64,000 bases of DNA from Pavona decussata (Eukaryota): the NCBI GenBank assembly GCA_977016875.1, contig CDRNST010000436.1:5828001-5892000 (forward strand). Reading direction: 5' to 3'. The position numbers and the translations under genes are program-made. The notes beneath the pieces were generated by a model, which saw nothing but the letters and a program-made list of their open reading frames with translations, had not been told where the DNA came from and searched no databases. Each line of letters starts with the position of its first letter. The first letter of the stretch is position 1. Shown here in pieces: positions 35,849 to 49,347 of this stretch.

Positions 35849-38800
35849 TTTTATATTTTTGATTTTTTTGTGATGTTTTGCATTGTGTTCTCCGTAGGGA
35901 GAAAGTCAGCGAAAAGGCTTTTGGAAGTAAGAATTTTTCTTCCGTTTTGTAAACACGCGGCACGGGGCTGAATTTCTAGAGCACTACAGAAAGTGTTTCA
36001 GTCCACCACTTCTTGTGAGCTAGCGTCGAAAGCCATCAGGTAAACAATTTCAGTTAATCAAAGAGATTTCTTTGTATCGTTAGTACTGAACTCTTTTGCC
36101 AAGACAATTGGTTTCATTCCTTACTAAGGTACGCGCTACACAGAATACATTCAAAGGAAAATCTTCAAAGCTCGTTTTAGTCTCCTTTTCTTATTGTGAG
36201 GCCTTTTAAAGTAACGCTTTATTATCGAAACCTTATAATGTACATAAATAAAATATCTCGGTTTTTGAACAATAAGACTTAAAGAAACAAACATTCAAAG
36301 AACTTACAACTTACACCTAAATCAGTAAGATGTCAATATTCCCCCATGAGCTAATGTTTATGGTCGTCCTTTTTTTCTGGCGCCGAGAAAGAAAATTGGA
36401 AAATAGAAGAAAGGGTTTGAAAAGAATTACATAAAGGCGTTGGAAAAAAGATGAAACACGTCCAAGTGGCGAAACAATTAACAGATGTCCCGTGCATGGA
36501 ACAGACACAATAGAAAAGACTTTAATTTACGGTGTGAAATGTAGGTGTAGGCTGAACTTTGTTGTGCGCCGGTACTTTTCACAGGTGTCCGAATTCCCTC
36601 TACCGTCAAAGTTTTGTCTGAATGATTTATGAACCTGACTATTACGCATGCGCAGATGCTTTGTTCGAATCATTACACCACCGAATCCACAATACTAAAT
36701 TAAATTTGGAAGGTGCCGCAATCTTCCTGTTACATCTATTTTGTATTGAACTATTGTTTGAAGGCAGAGTTTTTTTACCCGAATTTGCCCAGTGAAACGA
36801 TATTGCGTTCTTTTTCAATGCAAATCGAGATGAAATAGAGGAAAGGATAAACCACGCATGACTCATTTCCTAATTGCTCAAAGCTGTTTGTCGTCTTCAA
36901 AACAGATTATTTCCTACGCTGTTATTTAATTTATGTGATAATTTGCCAGACACCTTTCTAATCTTGGTTTAATTTGCTAAGTGGGAGTTGTGTTTTGATA
37001 GTTAGTCTTTTACTGGTGTAGGCGGACGGAAAAAAGAGAAAACGTTCTTGAGACCCAACAATAAATGCAAGTTCAAAACTCAACAGTATCAATTAAAAAG
37101 TACTGTGCAATAAATTCCATTAACTATCATTTGAATAGCCACACTTTCTTGCGATTTCCAATCCTAGAAAACTACCCTATACGGCCGCACAAACAAACAG
37201 CAACACCGGAAATAGAAACACCGTTCATTGGCTCCTGAATATGCACACGTAAGTTTCTTACACCGATTTATAGGTTAGAACCGTATTAGTTCCGCCAAGA
37301 TGTGATGCTGTGATTGAAACGTTTAAAACTACATCTAAATTGCTCGGTATGTTGTTTTGCGTTTTGGTGCCGAGTTGTTTCCAGAACAACCAATATTGCC
37401 CTGCAGACATTTCTCATTTGAAAGAAATCGAAAACAAAAGGATTCACCACATGGCGTACAAAGTGTTAGACGCGGAATGGTATAAACAACTAAAGAAATA
37501 GCTTACTTCATGTTCTGTTCAGCGTTCAGTATTCTGTAAGGATAGCTTAGACTGATTGGAGCCATTTCCTTTACATGTTATTTTAATACGTATTTTTTTT
37601 CTTTCCTTTCATTTTACAAAACTAATTAAGTTAAACTATTAAATTCTGCATAATGAAAGAATAAAACCACTGCTTTATTTTAAACGTTTTGATTTGTCAC
37701 TAGCTTCAGTGGAGCAATCTTGGCGGCGAGTTTTTTCTTTAAGCTCGAAACAGTTCTTTCCGTCTACAGTAACTGAAGTTACTTTTAGTTATTGCACAAT
37801 GGGAAATCAATGGAGACCTGTTATCTTTCGTCTCTTGCTTGAGTCGGAGCTAAGCTTGTGTCAACCATCTTCTTAGCACGCCGTGTTAAAGTAAGAGTTG
37901 TGTTGAAATTGAGGTTAATTCAGTTTGGATTCGTTTAATCTCCCTTCTCTCCCGATGCCAAATTCGTTTACCCCCAGAACTTACACTTAATTAACCAACA
38001 GGATCCGCCAAGTGACGGCCAATATAAATAATTTGATTGCTTGCATTGTGTGTTTTTCTTTCGCTTTACAAATAAACGCAATCAGTTGAATGTGGGACTA
38101 AGAGTAACGCAGGATAATAAAATCAATTGGCTTCAAAACACGTTTTAAAGCGGATCTTTTATTTATTTCTCTTTTTAGTTTTCTTGTCATGGCATAATCT
38201 GTTTGGACATGTTTACCTGTTAGCAAACAGTAAGTTAACGGGTGAACGCTTCCTGGCAAACAAAACGGATTTAGTTTTCCAGACACACCGACACGCGTCT
38301 TTCATCGCTGGAATATATGTAAAACGAAGTGTTCCCAGCTTCCCGTGGTATCCTTGGTGATTTGCCTTTGTTCATTGTATTTTTCCGGGCTAAACTTCTT
38401 TCAAAATATACGAAAAAGGGTAATCGATATTTGGACCTTCACACAAAACGTCCGCTCTCACATGAAAGAATAAGTCTCCTTCAAACAAAAGGTTCTTTCA
38501 ATTCATCTCCATGGTACCATAAAAAGATATCATTTCGAGTATTTTGCTTTGTCAATCATTCGCGTACGTATTCCTCTTTTTGTAGCGTTTTTTTCCAAAG
38601 TCTATTTAAAATTAGATTTTTCTTTATAAGATGTATGCAAAGGTTTGGTAATTCAGTAGCTAGATAATGAGAATTACGCCTAAAGCGGTCCTCTTTGATA
38701 ATGAAAAGGACTATTTTAGCATATGTCTTTCACAATTATTTTTGATTTACGAGTGTTAAAAAAAGAGAAAAGAAAGACGAAATCACAGGTTAAGAAAACT

Positions 38801-39984
38801 GACTATTGACATCCGAAATTTTGACAGGCAAATTTCAGGTGGGCGTCTTCAACTGTTTTAAATGAGACGTCTGATTTCATTGGCATGAATCACCTTATAA
38901 CGCAATTGAAATCTTCCTAGAGGTTTCGCGCTAACTGCAAAATCCGCCAGGCTTAGAAACAGAAATTAAATTAATCACACCGTCTATTGTGACCGCTCAC
39001 TAACTGAAATGCAAAGTGGATGGACGCCAACATTGGCGACGCGTTTTGCTCAAATTGTTCAACCATCTGCTCAGTTGAAAACAAGACACCTTCACTCGAA
39101 GTTCAATTTCCTGGTAAAGCATCGTTCTTGTTAAATCAATTCCATTTTTGTTAAATATGTCGTTTCTGTTGCTGTACTGTTTAAGAAATGTATGAATAAA
39201 TATACTTCGCCAAAGCTATAATTTGTGGTTTGTTTGGTGATTGAGCAATCAAGCCCTAGTAACTGCCTAACCGTTTTAGTAAACTTATGCCACCAGTTGT
39301 TTAAGAAAGATTTCTTTGCGGTCAAAGTAAATATCATGTAATATTTGCCTCCTTGTGGGTGGAATTTTTGAAATCACAAGCGTCAAAATGTCATTTACTG
39401 GGCGTATTTTCAAATGAAAGCTTGAATAGCCATGATTATTTCCGTGGCGATGTGGGCAGCGTTTAGTGGGGTAATTACGGCAAGAAGCACTTTGAAGCAA
39501 ACGGAATTATTCATTAGAAGTACCCTTAATTGCGAGGCCTTAATGTAATCCCTCCATAATGTCAGCTTCATTCATAATGGATTGTTTGCGAGTAAAGAAG
39601 ATGTGAATTTGACTTTATTGTTAGATCGAGTAGAAAAGTTTACATTTAAGGTTTGCCGATGTTGTCATTGAATAATAGTAAAGTATTAAAGTGCTACAAT
39701 AAAGAATATAAATAAAGAACGTTTCCTTTAACGTTCGTTTCCTGCTTTCAAAGAGCTTTTACGACCTCAAGTAACATATCCGTATAAATAAGATTTGCGG
39801 CAGCTGGTTTGCAAAGTCCAGTACTCTTAGTACAAACCGTACAATTATTTCTTGCCATAAACACGAACAACTCTCCAATTAGGACACAAAACTAGCGAAC
39901 AATGTGGAATAATTAACGGGTTGCTTTGTTAAACAATATCGCTCTTTACAACTCTTCTTCTTTCTTTGTGCGCCGCTTGACTAG

Positions 39985-40080
39985 AGCATGCGCGAGGCTC
40001 CATGTGAAGCCCTGTGATTGGTCAGTTTTTGGCAGGTGCGTTGCACATTACATTGCTCCTCGAGAAAACCATTTCAGTGT
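39985..40080 (+). promoter_or_regulatory. Putative promoter of the SNAG exon
   Basis: NRF1-like GCATGCGC at about 39986, reverse CCAAT box (gattgg) at about 40017 and Inr-like TTCAGT at about 40073, all 90-180 bp upstream of ATG 40165. Confidence 0.4.
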
Positions 40081-40164
40081 CAATCGAGGTCTTGATGCTC
40101 TTCTTGGTTCTCTAACGACAATATTTATTTAGCGTTGAAACGTTTGGTTAGCTACGATTCCAAG

Positions 40165-43100
40165 ATGCCAAAGTCATTCTTGGTCAAGAAATCAACTGCG
40201 CTCTCGGCACCGCACAGCAGGAGCACGGAAGGTAAAATCGTTTTTTGAAATCTTTGTTTGAAAGTAGCTAAAATCACGACTTTTACAAAATATTGTGGCT
40301 TGTAGATGTAACAACTATATGTCAAGTATGCCCGCCCCAATCCGGCTAATTTCCCATAAGCGAATTTTCCACATTTAAAAATGTTAAAAAGCGCTAGCAC
40401 TTTGGTTTGGAATTTCCACGGCCAAAACTTAGCGGGTGATGAAATTAACTACAAATTTTGACAGATCTAGGTGAACGAAGATCGGCGAAGTAAATTTGCG
40501 TCCCGTAGAGTTTACCCTGAATAGAGTTCACGTAACCTGCCTCTGAAAATCAACAAATTCACCCTATCTATATGTAAATAAAATCGATTCAGTTGAAGAA
40601 AAGACTGTTTGAAGTAGGATAATATTATCTTCATGCATAGTTCAAAAACGGATATATAATCAAGCTCTCAAGAGAGTTTTTGTTTTCTAAGTGCTGTATT
40701 GCAGTTAAACGCTTGCAGTCTAAGAGTAAGATTTATTTATTCGCACAAAACGTTAGCCATTTTCAGATGAAGCGCATATCAACCTGTGATAATTTTCAGT
40801 CTAGCAACGCAAATCAGGAAATTGCGATAAAATTGCTAGTGATAAAACGTCGTAAATCCTTGAGATTACGAGACATCCGTAACGAAGAATGACTCTGAAA
40901 CAGAAATTAAAAACAACTAAGTACACAAAGAGTAGTTTATATATCTATACCGTGTTTTATTGGTCTTAATTTCGCGGTAAATAAACGAGATTGAAAACGA
41001 AACTGACCGCTTAAGTGAACAGCCCAGTGGAGCAAAGAAATAACAAAAAAATGCGAAAACAAATCTGATTTCCCAGTAAATATAGTAACCCTACAGGGAA
41101 TGAATCACAAAAAGGTTCTCTCTTTAACACAGGTGTTTGAAAGTGGACGATTCAAGAAAAGACCCTTTTTAAATATTCATGGCTCTTCTGTTTAGTTGTT
41201 TGGAATATCACAGGTAAAATCTTCTTGCGATAAACGAAAAGTTAAATTAACGCAGTGAAGATGTCTCCCACCAGTCAAGACATGTGCTTTAGAATAAGAG
41301 GGCTAACGAACAACTCGCGAGAAATTCAAACAAAATGACAAGAACATGTGTTTGAGATTTAACCGCTAAATAAATAGGTGAAGAAATTTTGGGGGGACAA
41401 GCACTTTCATATAAATCGGGCAACAGAGCATGAGATGGACGAACAAAGAAACACCACGAATTACTCAATCAGGAACAAGAATTTATTTCCTTAAACTAAT
41501 TTTTTTAACGCCTGAAGTTTCGAAATATCATTTTTATTGAAGCGCGGTGTTTTTTCGTAAGCTGTCTGTGAAATAATAACTATTTCTCAGCTTTAACGGT
41601 GGCCTTACGTTTAATGTCAATTTTTTTTTCACCAACGAAAATTAAAGGATTTTCGGTTCTAAGAGAAAACCTTTACATAAAATAGATTCAAAACTTTCGC
41701 GTTTATTTCTGGTTGAAGCTCAAATGTACGAGCGCAAAAGTCTCATTGCGAATTCAAAATTCGGCTTAACTTTAGGTGTGGATTAAGTATTGAAGCTGTG
41801 CTATTAATTTTACGCCTAAAACTATCACCATTGTCTCTGCTTTCTTTGCTTGCGGCATCTGAAACACCGGACTAAGCAACGCACTCAGCCTCGTAAGAAT
41901 TAACCGATTTAATTTCTTCCTCAAAACTACAATTGGCTCAAGTGCAATATCGATTTCTTTATTATGAATTACCAAGTGTCGACCATAGAATCATCGAGAA
42001 TAAGTATAAACAAATTCAGTTCTCGTTGTCATTCATATGTTTGGTGGGAGCGATTCGATAAGTACAATACTTCTGTGCTTCACTAATTGTGTTTGAAAAA
42101 GGCAAAATGAATGTACATCGCGACTTTTGAATTTACTTCATTCATTGTGTTAACAATAACAAACAATATTGCCCGTTTTATATGCACTGATTGAAGTACA
42201 CTTTGTTTTGACTTATTTCTCAAACTCTATCTTCTTCTCAGATGAGAAAAATAATAATAAATAAAAAACACCGATCTATACCGTATAACATACATCCTGG
42301 TTTCAAATTTAATCAACTAATTCGGTCTTTTTTAATTCTAAAATACACTACCTAATTATAAAAGTTGTCCTCGGAAACGAGGTATACAATCTTAAAAGGT
42401 TTTTTGATGTATTCAATTCTGATACAGTGATTGTACAATAATTGCTTTTTTAAAAATGTAAATTTAATTAATTTGCGATTTCTAGAATGATTTACTTTCG
42501 TATGATATGAGGTTCGAGTGCTTTCTACTTCAGTTTTGTCTTTCAGATTATTTTTGGTCAATTACATAAGGCAAAATAATCAGGCCAAGTAGTTGTTGTG
42601 TTTTCTGTTTACTAGATCGTGGCAACAAACACTCAACATATCAAAAGATTAGTATACTAAAATATTCTTTTAACGACTTCCTCATTTCACTTATTACTGC
42701 CAGAATCCGAAATATTAAGTCTCCAATACGCACTCACCGAAGGTTCAGTGTTATTCAGTATCGTAAAAAGCAATTGGAAACAACCACTTGAATATACGCC
42801 ATATCTTTGTCTGAAATTAACTTGCCAACAAGGTGATTTAGTTTTTTCTGAATAAGCCAAGAGAAAATAAAACAATAATCTGCCCTATTGTGGTAGGAGA
42901 GGCAGTCAAAACCAATATTTGTCACCGGCAGGAACAGAAGTTTGGCAGCTTCATCGCCGAATGATCAATATTTCTCGCAATCTGTCACCCGAAGTCCATT
43001 AAGTTTAGGATTATCAGCTCGCGGCTCGCTCTTCATATTGCTTGACTGTGTTGGAGTTGATAAATTAGTTACTTTGGAAACAAAAGATATCGTGAAACTG

Positions 43101-46100
43101 CGCTGGGGAGTAAGCGAAGAAGCATTTGCTGCCGACATTGTTTCTATTTTTGAATTTATTCGTTTTCTTTTTGTGGAATTGAAGAATACTTCAATCGTGG
43201 GCCCTTTTTAAAAAATATCATCTTCATGGCGATACTTTGGGAAAAATTAAAAAAGGAGGTCTTAAGTAAGAGGATATTGCAGATTCCCGCCGGTTGGGAT
43301 TTTTATGATATCAACTCTATCCAAGTCTTAAACGGTGCTTTTCTTAAACCAATTGAAAAGTGATACATCTTTTTTCCGTTTCTTTTTAGTTTTGTAACAC
43401 GAAATCAGCCAACCGCAATTTTTTCTCTAGATTACTAGTACAATAATGGACTCCCTGAATATCACGATACATTACTAAAGGGAATCGAAGTTGGTTAAAA
43501 ACTTTCGCTGAAGCCACTGATTTTCGCGTCAGTATCGCCGCGGGTGGTTATAAGTTACTGGTATAGCACGGAGAAACTTATTCTGTTTAACCAGGGATTG
43601 AATCATTGAGATTCTATTTTACTCCCAACAAATACCCACATGTTCTACATTGATAGGCTGAATATCATCGGGGGAAAACGAACACTTCTTAGATGTCTTT
43701 TTTCTTTGCTCTTGCCATCTTCAAAGGCAACCTTAACTTAAACAGTCAGACTGAGGGATTTAAACAATTTGATTCTTACTCAGATAAAGTACGATGGCTT
43801 TAGTGAGTTATTTTATCTTACTGCAATTTTATTCGGTGCAGTATTATCTGTTTCTCGTGAATTTGTGGTCAGTCAGGTTAATTTTCTAAAAAAGGGATAA
43901 ACTTTAAAGGTCAAAGTTTGGTCTTACCTACAGTTTACTGGTGACAAAGTGGACTAATGGCCAAATTGCGCGTCACACTTCACGAGGCCTGAATTCAAGC
44001 TTGGCATATGTCAAGGTCATGTTGTGGCCTTGTGAAAAAGAGAGACATTTAGATTCACTAGTGAGCTAGTGTCATTTTCAGTGGCGGGAAAATTAGCTAG
44101 CCGTCGTCATTTTACTGCGAGTTTTTGCGAGAACAACGAAGTTACAAAAAACAAGTCCTCGAAATGTAGGTAATCTTTCAGTTTTTTTTTTTTTGGGAAT
44201 CCCAAAAGGGTTTAGCTATCATCATTCAAAACAATTGCGTCAACTTCGTCGCTCACAAAGAGTCAAATGAAGCTTCCTGGGAAATATCTTTTCTTAGTAC
44301 TTCGCAAAAAGCTCGAGTAAACCTTCGTATTCGTAATCGTACTTTACTAGAATCTAAAGGACTCTATTTTCTTCCACCCATGATGATATTGATTCTTTCA
44401 ACGAGTGCATAAAATCGGCGCCAGTCAGGGTTACCCGTCAAAATGTTTTGGGCCGGTAAACCTGTAATGGAGTAGCAGTTCGTCAGTTCCATAATACTAA
44501 GGTCGCGGGGATTTGACATTTTCCCGCACTTATCTGTCACTGGTTACACTCGCATCCTCGAGACTCGACTGGCTCCTGACAATATTTGCGGGTGTAAGCG
44601 ACTGGAATTTTGAATACATTTATAGTTTGCCTCGTTCTTTATCAGTTTTTTCTTGAGCGCTGTGAAACAACTAGCGTGAGTTTATGCAAGCACCTGGGTA
44701 CATCTATTTCCATGCATCCCAGATCGATGTTACACTGTATGTAAGTGGTAAAGAAATTTTTCCACGCTATTTCTCTTGATGCCGGTGTATACTTGAATTA
44801 CGGGCTACAAGAAAGCGAGCTAGTGGTGACAAAAGCTTCGCGGGTTACAGTTCTGCTAAACTTTAATCTCGCGGTCGATCAATAAGACATCTTAATATTC
44901 CTAGTCTCCTTAGTCCAAGGAAGCTGGAGAGAACAGCTGCGCCTTTGTGGCCACTAAGATTAGATGATGATTAGTCTTGCGATTATGTTAGAAGAAAGTC
45001 GTAACGAAACTGCTCCAGAAGTGCATGAATGAAAATACAATCAGATGTTCTTTGTCTGATTTTTACATCCTGTAGGGTTTTTTCGTAAAGGGGTTGTTGT
45101 CAAGGTGATCGAACTTTCGATGTCATGATCGGTGGATTAAGACTCTGCTTTTGTTTTATTTATCCATAGAAAGAAACTCTAGCTCCACGTTGTCTTTCTC
45201 TCCAACCATGTGTATAACAATTAATACAACCCTTCAAATGAAATACTTCTTGCAGTGGTTTAGCATCCAAGGCCGGAGTGGTCATACTCTCAGTTGTTTG
45301 TAGCCTGTAGCTCGAGTGATGACTAACCCTGTGACATCCTTTTTTCAGTCAAAGCAGTAAAAGCAGCAGTGAAGCTCCCCGCTTCTGAAGATGCGCCCCG
45401 TCTGACCTCACCAACAGAGCAGGATCACAAATGGGAGCAGTGCTGGGAACCGCTTGACATGTCAGAATACGAGACCAGTGTAGAGTCCGTTCACAGCGTG
45501 GTCAGAGAATTCCAGCATCAGATGTCAAACTATCCTAAGAATTCTATCTTTTATCCACCCGCCATGATGGAGGTCTTTCAATCCCCGCGACGCGAGTCCA
45601 CTCCAAGCGTCAATGATTCCAGTAAAGACAAAGAAAAGCCATTCAAGTGCAGCTACTGTGTGATGTCATTCACTCGCCCCAGTGATCTTCAACGTCATTT
45701 GCTGATCCATAACAACAGTAAGCCGTACAAGTGTGAGGAGTGTGACCGTGAATTCACTTGGTTTGGAAACTTTCAAAAGCACGTGCTCTCTCACATGGGC
45801 GGCAGTACCAGGGCACCGGGGACTTTGCCCTTCTCAGCCATGTTCACGTTCCTGGCACGTGAGCAAGTCAAGGATCTTTTCATCAAAGATGGTGAAAAAT
45901 ACAAGTGCCGCTTGTGTGCGAAGGATTTTACACGACTCAGTGGCTTGAAGACGCACATTCGCATGCACACTGGAGAGAGGCCGTACGTATGTGAAGTCTG
46001 CTCTTTTGCCTTTACCACGTCACGTGCTCTGAAGATGCACGTGCGCCTGCATACTGGGGAGAAACCGTACAAGTGCGAGGAATGCGGACGCGCTTTCACC

Positions 46101-46820
46101 AGGAGGGACGAGATGCATACTCATATGTATATTCACAAAGGTAAGGCGATCTGCTTATCAGTCTTCAGTGTCTATTTTCTTGTCAAGCTCAAGAAGAAGG
46201 AGAAGAAAGTCAGCAAGCAAGGAATATTTTTTTGTTTATGCACCATGCGGAGATTTCCCGATAAAATTTTTTTATAGAAATGAATTGTTATGGCTAAGGA
46301 GAATTTAAATCAAGAATTGACTCCTCTTAGTCTTGAATACCACACAGAGTTAACTTTGCTAAGGAGACTATAAATAGAGGTTCATCCATTGTTACAGTTT
46401 TGTTCACTGAAATACACTCTGTCCTTTTCACGGGCGTTTAAATGACAGATTCACTTTGTTCAAACAGGTGAGAAGCCATTCAAGTGTGACATCTGTTCAG
46501 CGTCGTTTATTCGCTATGGCCATCTTCAACGTCACTTGCTGATCCACAGTGATGACAAGCCCTACAAGTGCAAGGTGTGTCCCAAGTCCTTCACCCAGTA
46601 TCGCAACCTCCAGACTCACATGTATAAGCACACAGGAGAGAGGCCCTACAGATGCAGGTACTGTCCCAAAGGATTCACGCAGTATGGCACCCTTCAGGCG
46701 CACGAAAGAACACACACTGGAGAAAAGCCTTTCCAATGCCAGTATTGCGACAAGGCGTTTATTACCTCATCGCATCTGCGATGGCACATAAAGACCCAGC
46801 ACAATGCTAAGAAAGATTAG
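40165..46820 (+). CDS. SNAG-domain C2H2 zinc-finger transcription factor (9 fingers in a 2+7 arrangement, about 403 aa)
   Basis: Exons 40165-40231 (MPKSFLVKKSTALSAPHSRSTE, G|gtaaaa, phase 1), 45349-46140 (branch point gactaac, ttttttcag| acceptor, G|gtaag donor) and 46468-46820 (aaacag|, TAG). Total 1212 nt in frame. Nine CxxC..HxxxH fingers, several with TGEKP-type linkers. AATAAA at 47755. Confidence 0.85.
43226..43265 (+). CDS. Candidate alternative first coding exon of the zinc-finger gene (no SNAG; MAILWEKLKKEVL)
   Basis: ttcATGGCG...GTC TTA A|gtaag. 40 nt, phase 1, in frame with the acceptor at 45349, giving a 394-aa isoform. Confidence 0.5.
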
Positions 46821-47831
46821 GATGAAAGAACAGGACTTTGCGTATATAACTTAGCTGGTGTAGATAGTGTGCGATTATATATCAAGCGCCCAAAGTGCAA
46901 ATGACTGCAAGGGTCAGTATTAGGTGTATTATATGGACAATGAGAAAATTTTATGACGGCAAGTAGCCACTTCCTATACTAAGATTTTAGATTTAAAGCA
47001 CGACATGACCACTTTAATTTACCGTTGTTCTCTTTTCGCTGACAGTTTTCAGTCTGGATATCTGACTTTTTTACGAAGAGAACTGAGCAGTTATATCTGA
47101 ACTAAGTTTTAGATTTTATGAATTGAAAAGAATTCAAGTTTAAATAATGCCTAGAATGCGTCGAACTGAAGTCAATGATCAGGGACATTTTTATAATCTC
47201 AGTGATAATCACATCCAAATCCCTCGCCTCTGCCAGTCACCCTGTTGTCCTGAACCCACTGTAAAAAAAGGGATTCCCACCATAATCAGCCTCATTAGTC
47301 ACCAAACCTCATTACCCATGACATTGCTTCATTCATAAAGGACGAAAACTGCTGATATATATTATCATTGATATTCACTGCTCATCATTTGCTGATTTTT
47401 CTAAGCAGTTCTGATCGATCTGAATCATAGAAACCCAGTATAAATTAGGAAAAATGCCTAAACTTAGTATGTTTAGTGGGGTATATAATCAATGTTTTGG
47501 TTTAGTTTTACGAGTTGTTTTTTTTTTTATTATTTAAAGAAGGGATCTTTGTTGTGAACTTCAAACAATGCTCACCACATATGAGCAAAAATACAACAAA
47601 AAACCAAACAAAAAATTGAAGTAAAATTTACTTTCTATTGTGGTTAGTTCAGCGATTCTTTTGGAAAGAGGGTCTTATGAATTTGATGTTATCACCTGTA
47701 GTACATGCAATAATGCAGAAATTGTAAATCTAAGTATCTTTTTTAATTCGAATGAATAAACACTTGGGTTAATGCAAAAACACGTTGTGTTATCACTTCC
47801 TCCACCCCTCACCCCCGGAAATACTACTTTA

Positions 47832-48016
47832 ATAGCCCATTTTCAAGATAATGTCATTTTTTTACAAGCAGAATCTTTTAGGCGTTTATTTCTACGTGAA
47901 AATTATGTCTATTCCTATTAAAACCTGACTGGGATTACCGAATTTAACCAAGAAAGGAAATACGAAATGGTCTCTAGTAGTTGAAGTAAAGTGACACGAT
48001 TGTGAAAATGGCCTAT
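47832..48016. mobile_element. MITE of the ATAGGCCATTTT family
   Basis: atagcccattttca / tgaaaatggcctat TIRs. Same family at 50962-51129 and 52621-52795. Confidence 0.65.
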
Positions 48017-48019
48017 TTT

Positions 48020-48020
48020 A

Positions 48021-48057
<37 letters not shown>

Positions 48058-48081
48058 CTCAATCAATCAATCAATCAATCA
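48020..48081. repeat. (AATC)n microsatellite
   Basis: About 15 units, directly visible. Confidence 0.95.
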
Positions 48082-49347
48082 GATCCGGGTTATGGGGGTA
48101 TTAATATGTCTTCCTCGTAATTTTGGGTGGGGTTTATAGGCATACTCAAGGTCAAAAACCTTAACCCTACTTCAAAACAAAATGCTTTTTTCAGATCAAA
48201 CCTTTAAAACTTTCCCTACCCCTTTTCAGCCAAAAATGGAAAACGTTGCCGAATATCCTCACGCAATAGCAGATCAATGACAGTATTCTGGACCAGTTGG
48301 CATCTCAATGAGAGTTATAAAAACGGCAGAGAACAACTTGGGCAATTCTACTGAAATAGATACGGTGGGAGGAAAGAATTGCTTTTTCCGAACTTGGACT
48401 ATTGATCAAGACCAAATGAGACTGGTGAATAATTCAGAAATCATATCCTTACGAAAATTAATCGCTATCATCTTTATCGAAATGAAACTCCCTGTTATCG
48501 AACTGTCTTTTATAGAGCGTTCTAAAAATTCCTGAATCCTCACTACAGTTATTGATTTGCTTTGCATAAAGGGCCATAGGAGTTAAAGTTTTCATCTCCT
48601 TACCTTTATGTACTCCTTCTTGCATGAAATGGTATAAAATAACTTTAAACTTAACCATCTTTGGGCCGGGAATTCAGACTTTTTTCAAGAGTTTTTTTGA
48701 CACTGTTTTGCAGCTTAGTAACCAAGCAGATGACGTCGCGCGCGTCGCAGCCGTCTGTTTTTGGCGCGAAAATAGTCTCGTACCCAGAGTCCGCACATTC
48801 TTTCCGCCCCAGGGAATATTTTAAAATCGCTTGGACTGGACTCAAGAGAAAAAGGATGTAATTTGGATTTAATTTTTATTTCGATGATAAATTAATATGT
48901 TGATATTTTACATACCACGTTTCTGGAGGCAAATTTAGACCATTATTTATACTGAATTTTACTGAATTCGTTGAATACCCCCAAGAAATGTATTTCAGAT
49001 AAGCATGCACAGAAGAACTTTGGTTATTAATCTTGTTTTTTGACTTGCATATTGATCATTATTGGTAACGCCTTATCCACATCAATTTAAACGATTTTAA
49101 TCTTGAATTTTAGTCGATCATTACTCGTATATTTCTTTACTTACTTATTAACATAGCTGTTTTGTGTGAAGGGAACTGCATGAAATGTCATAGCAAATTT
49201 TCTCGTGCCTCACACCGATTCCAATATTAGGGTAATAGTCTATATTCTATATACTGTAATATCCCGAAAATAAGCCTTCAAAATCTGAAGCGCCGATATT
49301 CTTCCGGTAACAAGCTCCTCTGAATGTAAGCCCATGAACTTTTAGCC

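Noticed and set aside
46141-46277. C-terminal tail of the 302-aa zinc-finger ORF (KAICLSVFSV...)
   Set aside because: Read-through into the intron after G|gtaag; splicing to 46468 restores the GEKP linker.
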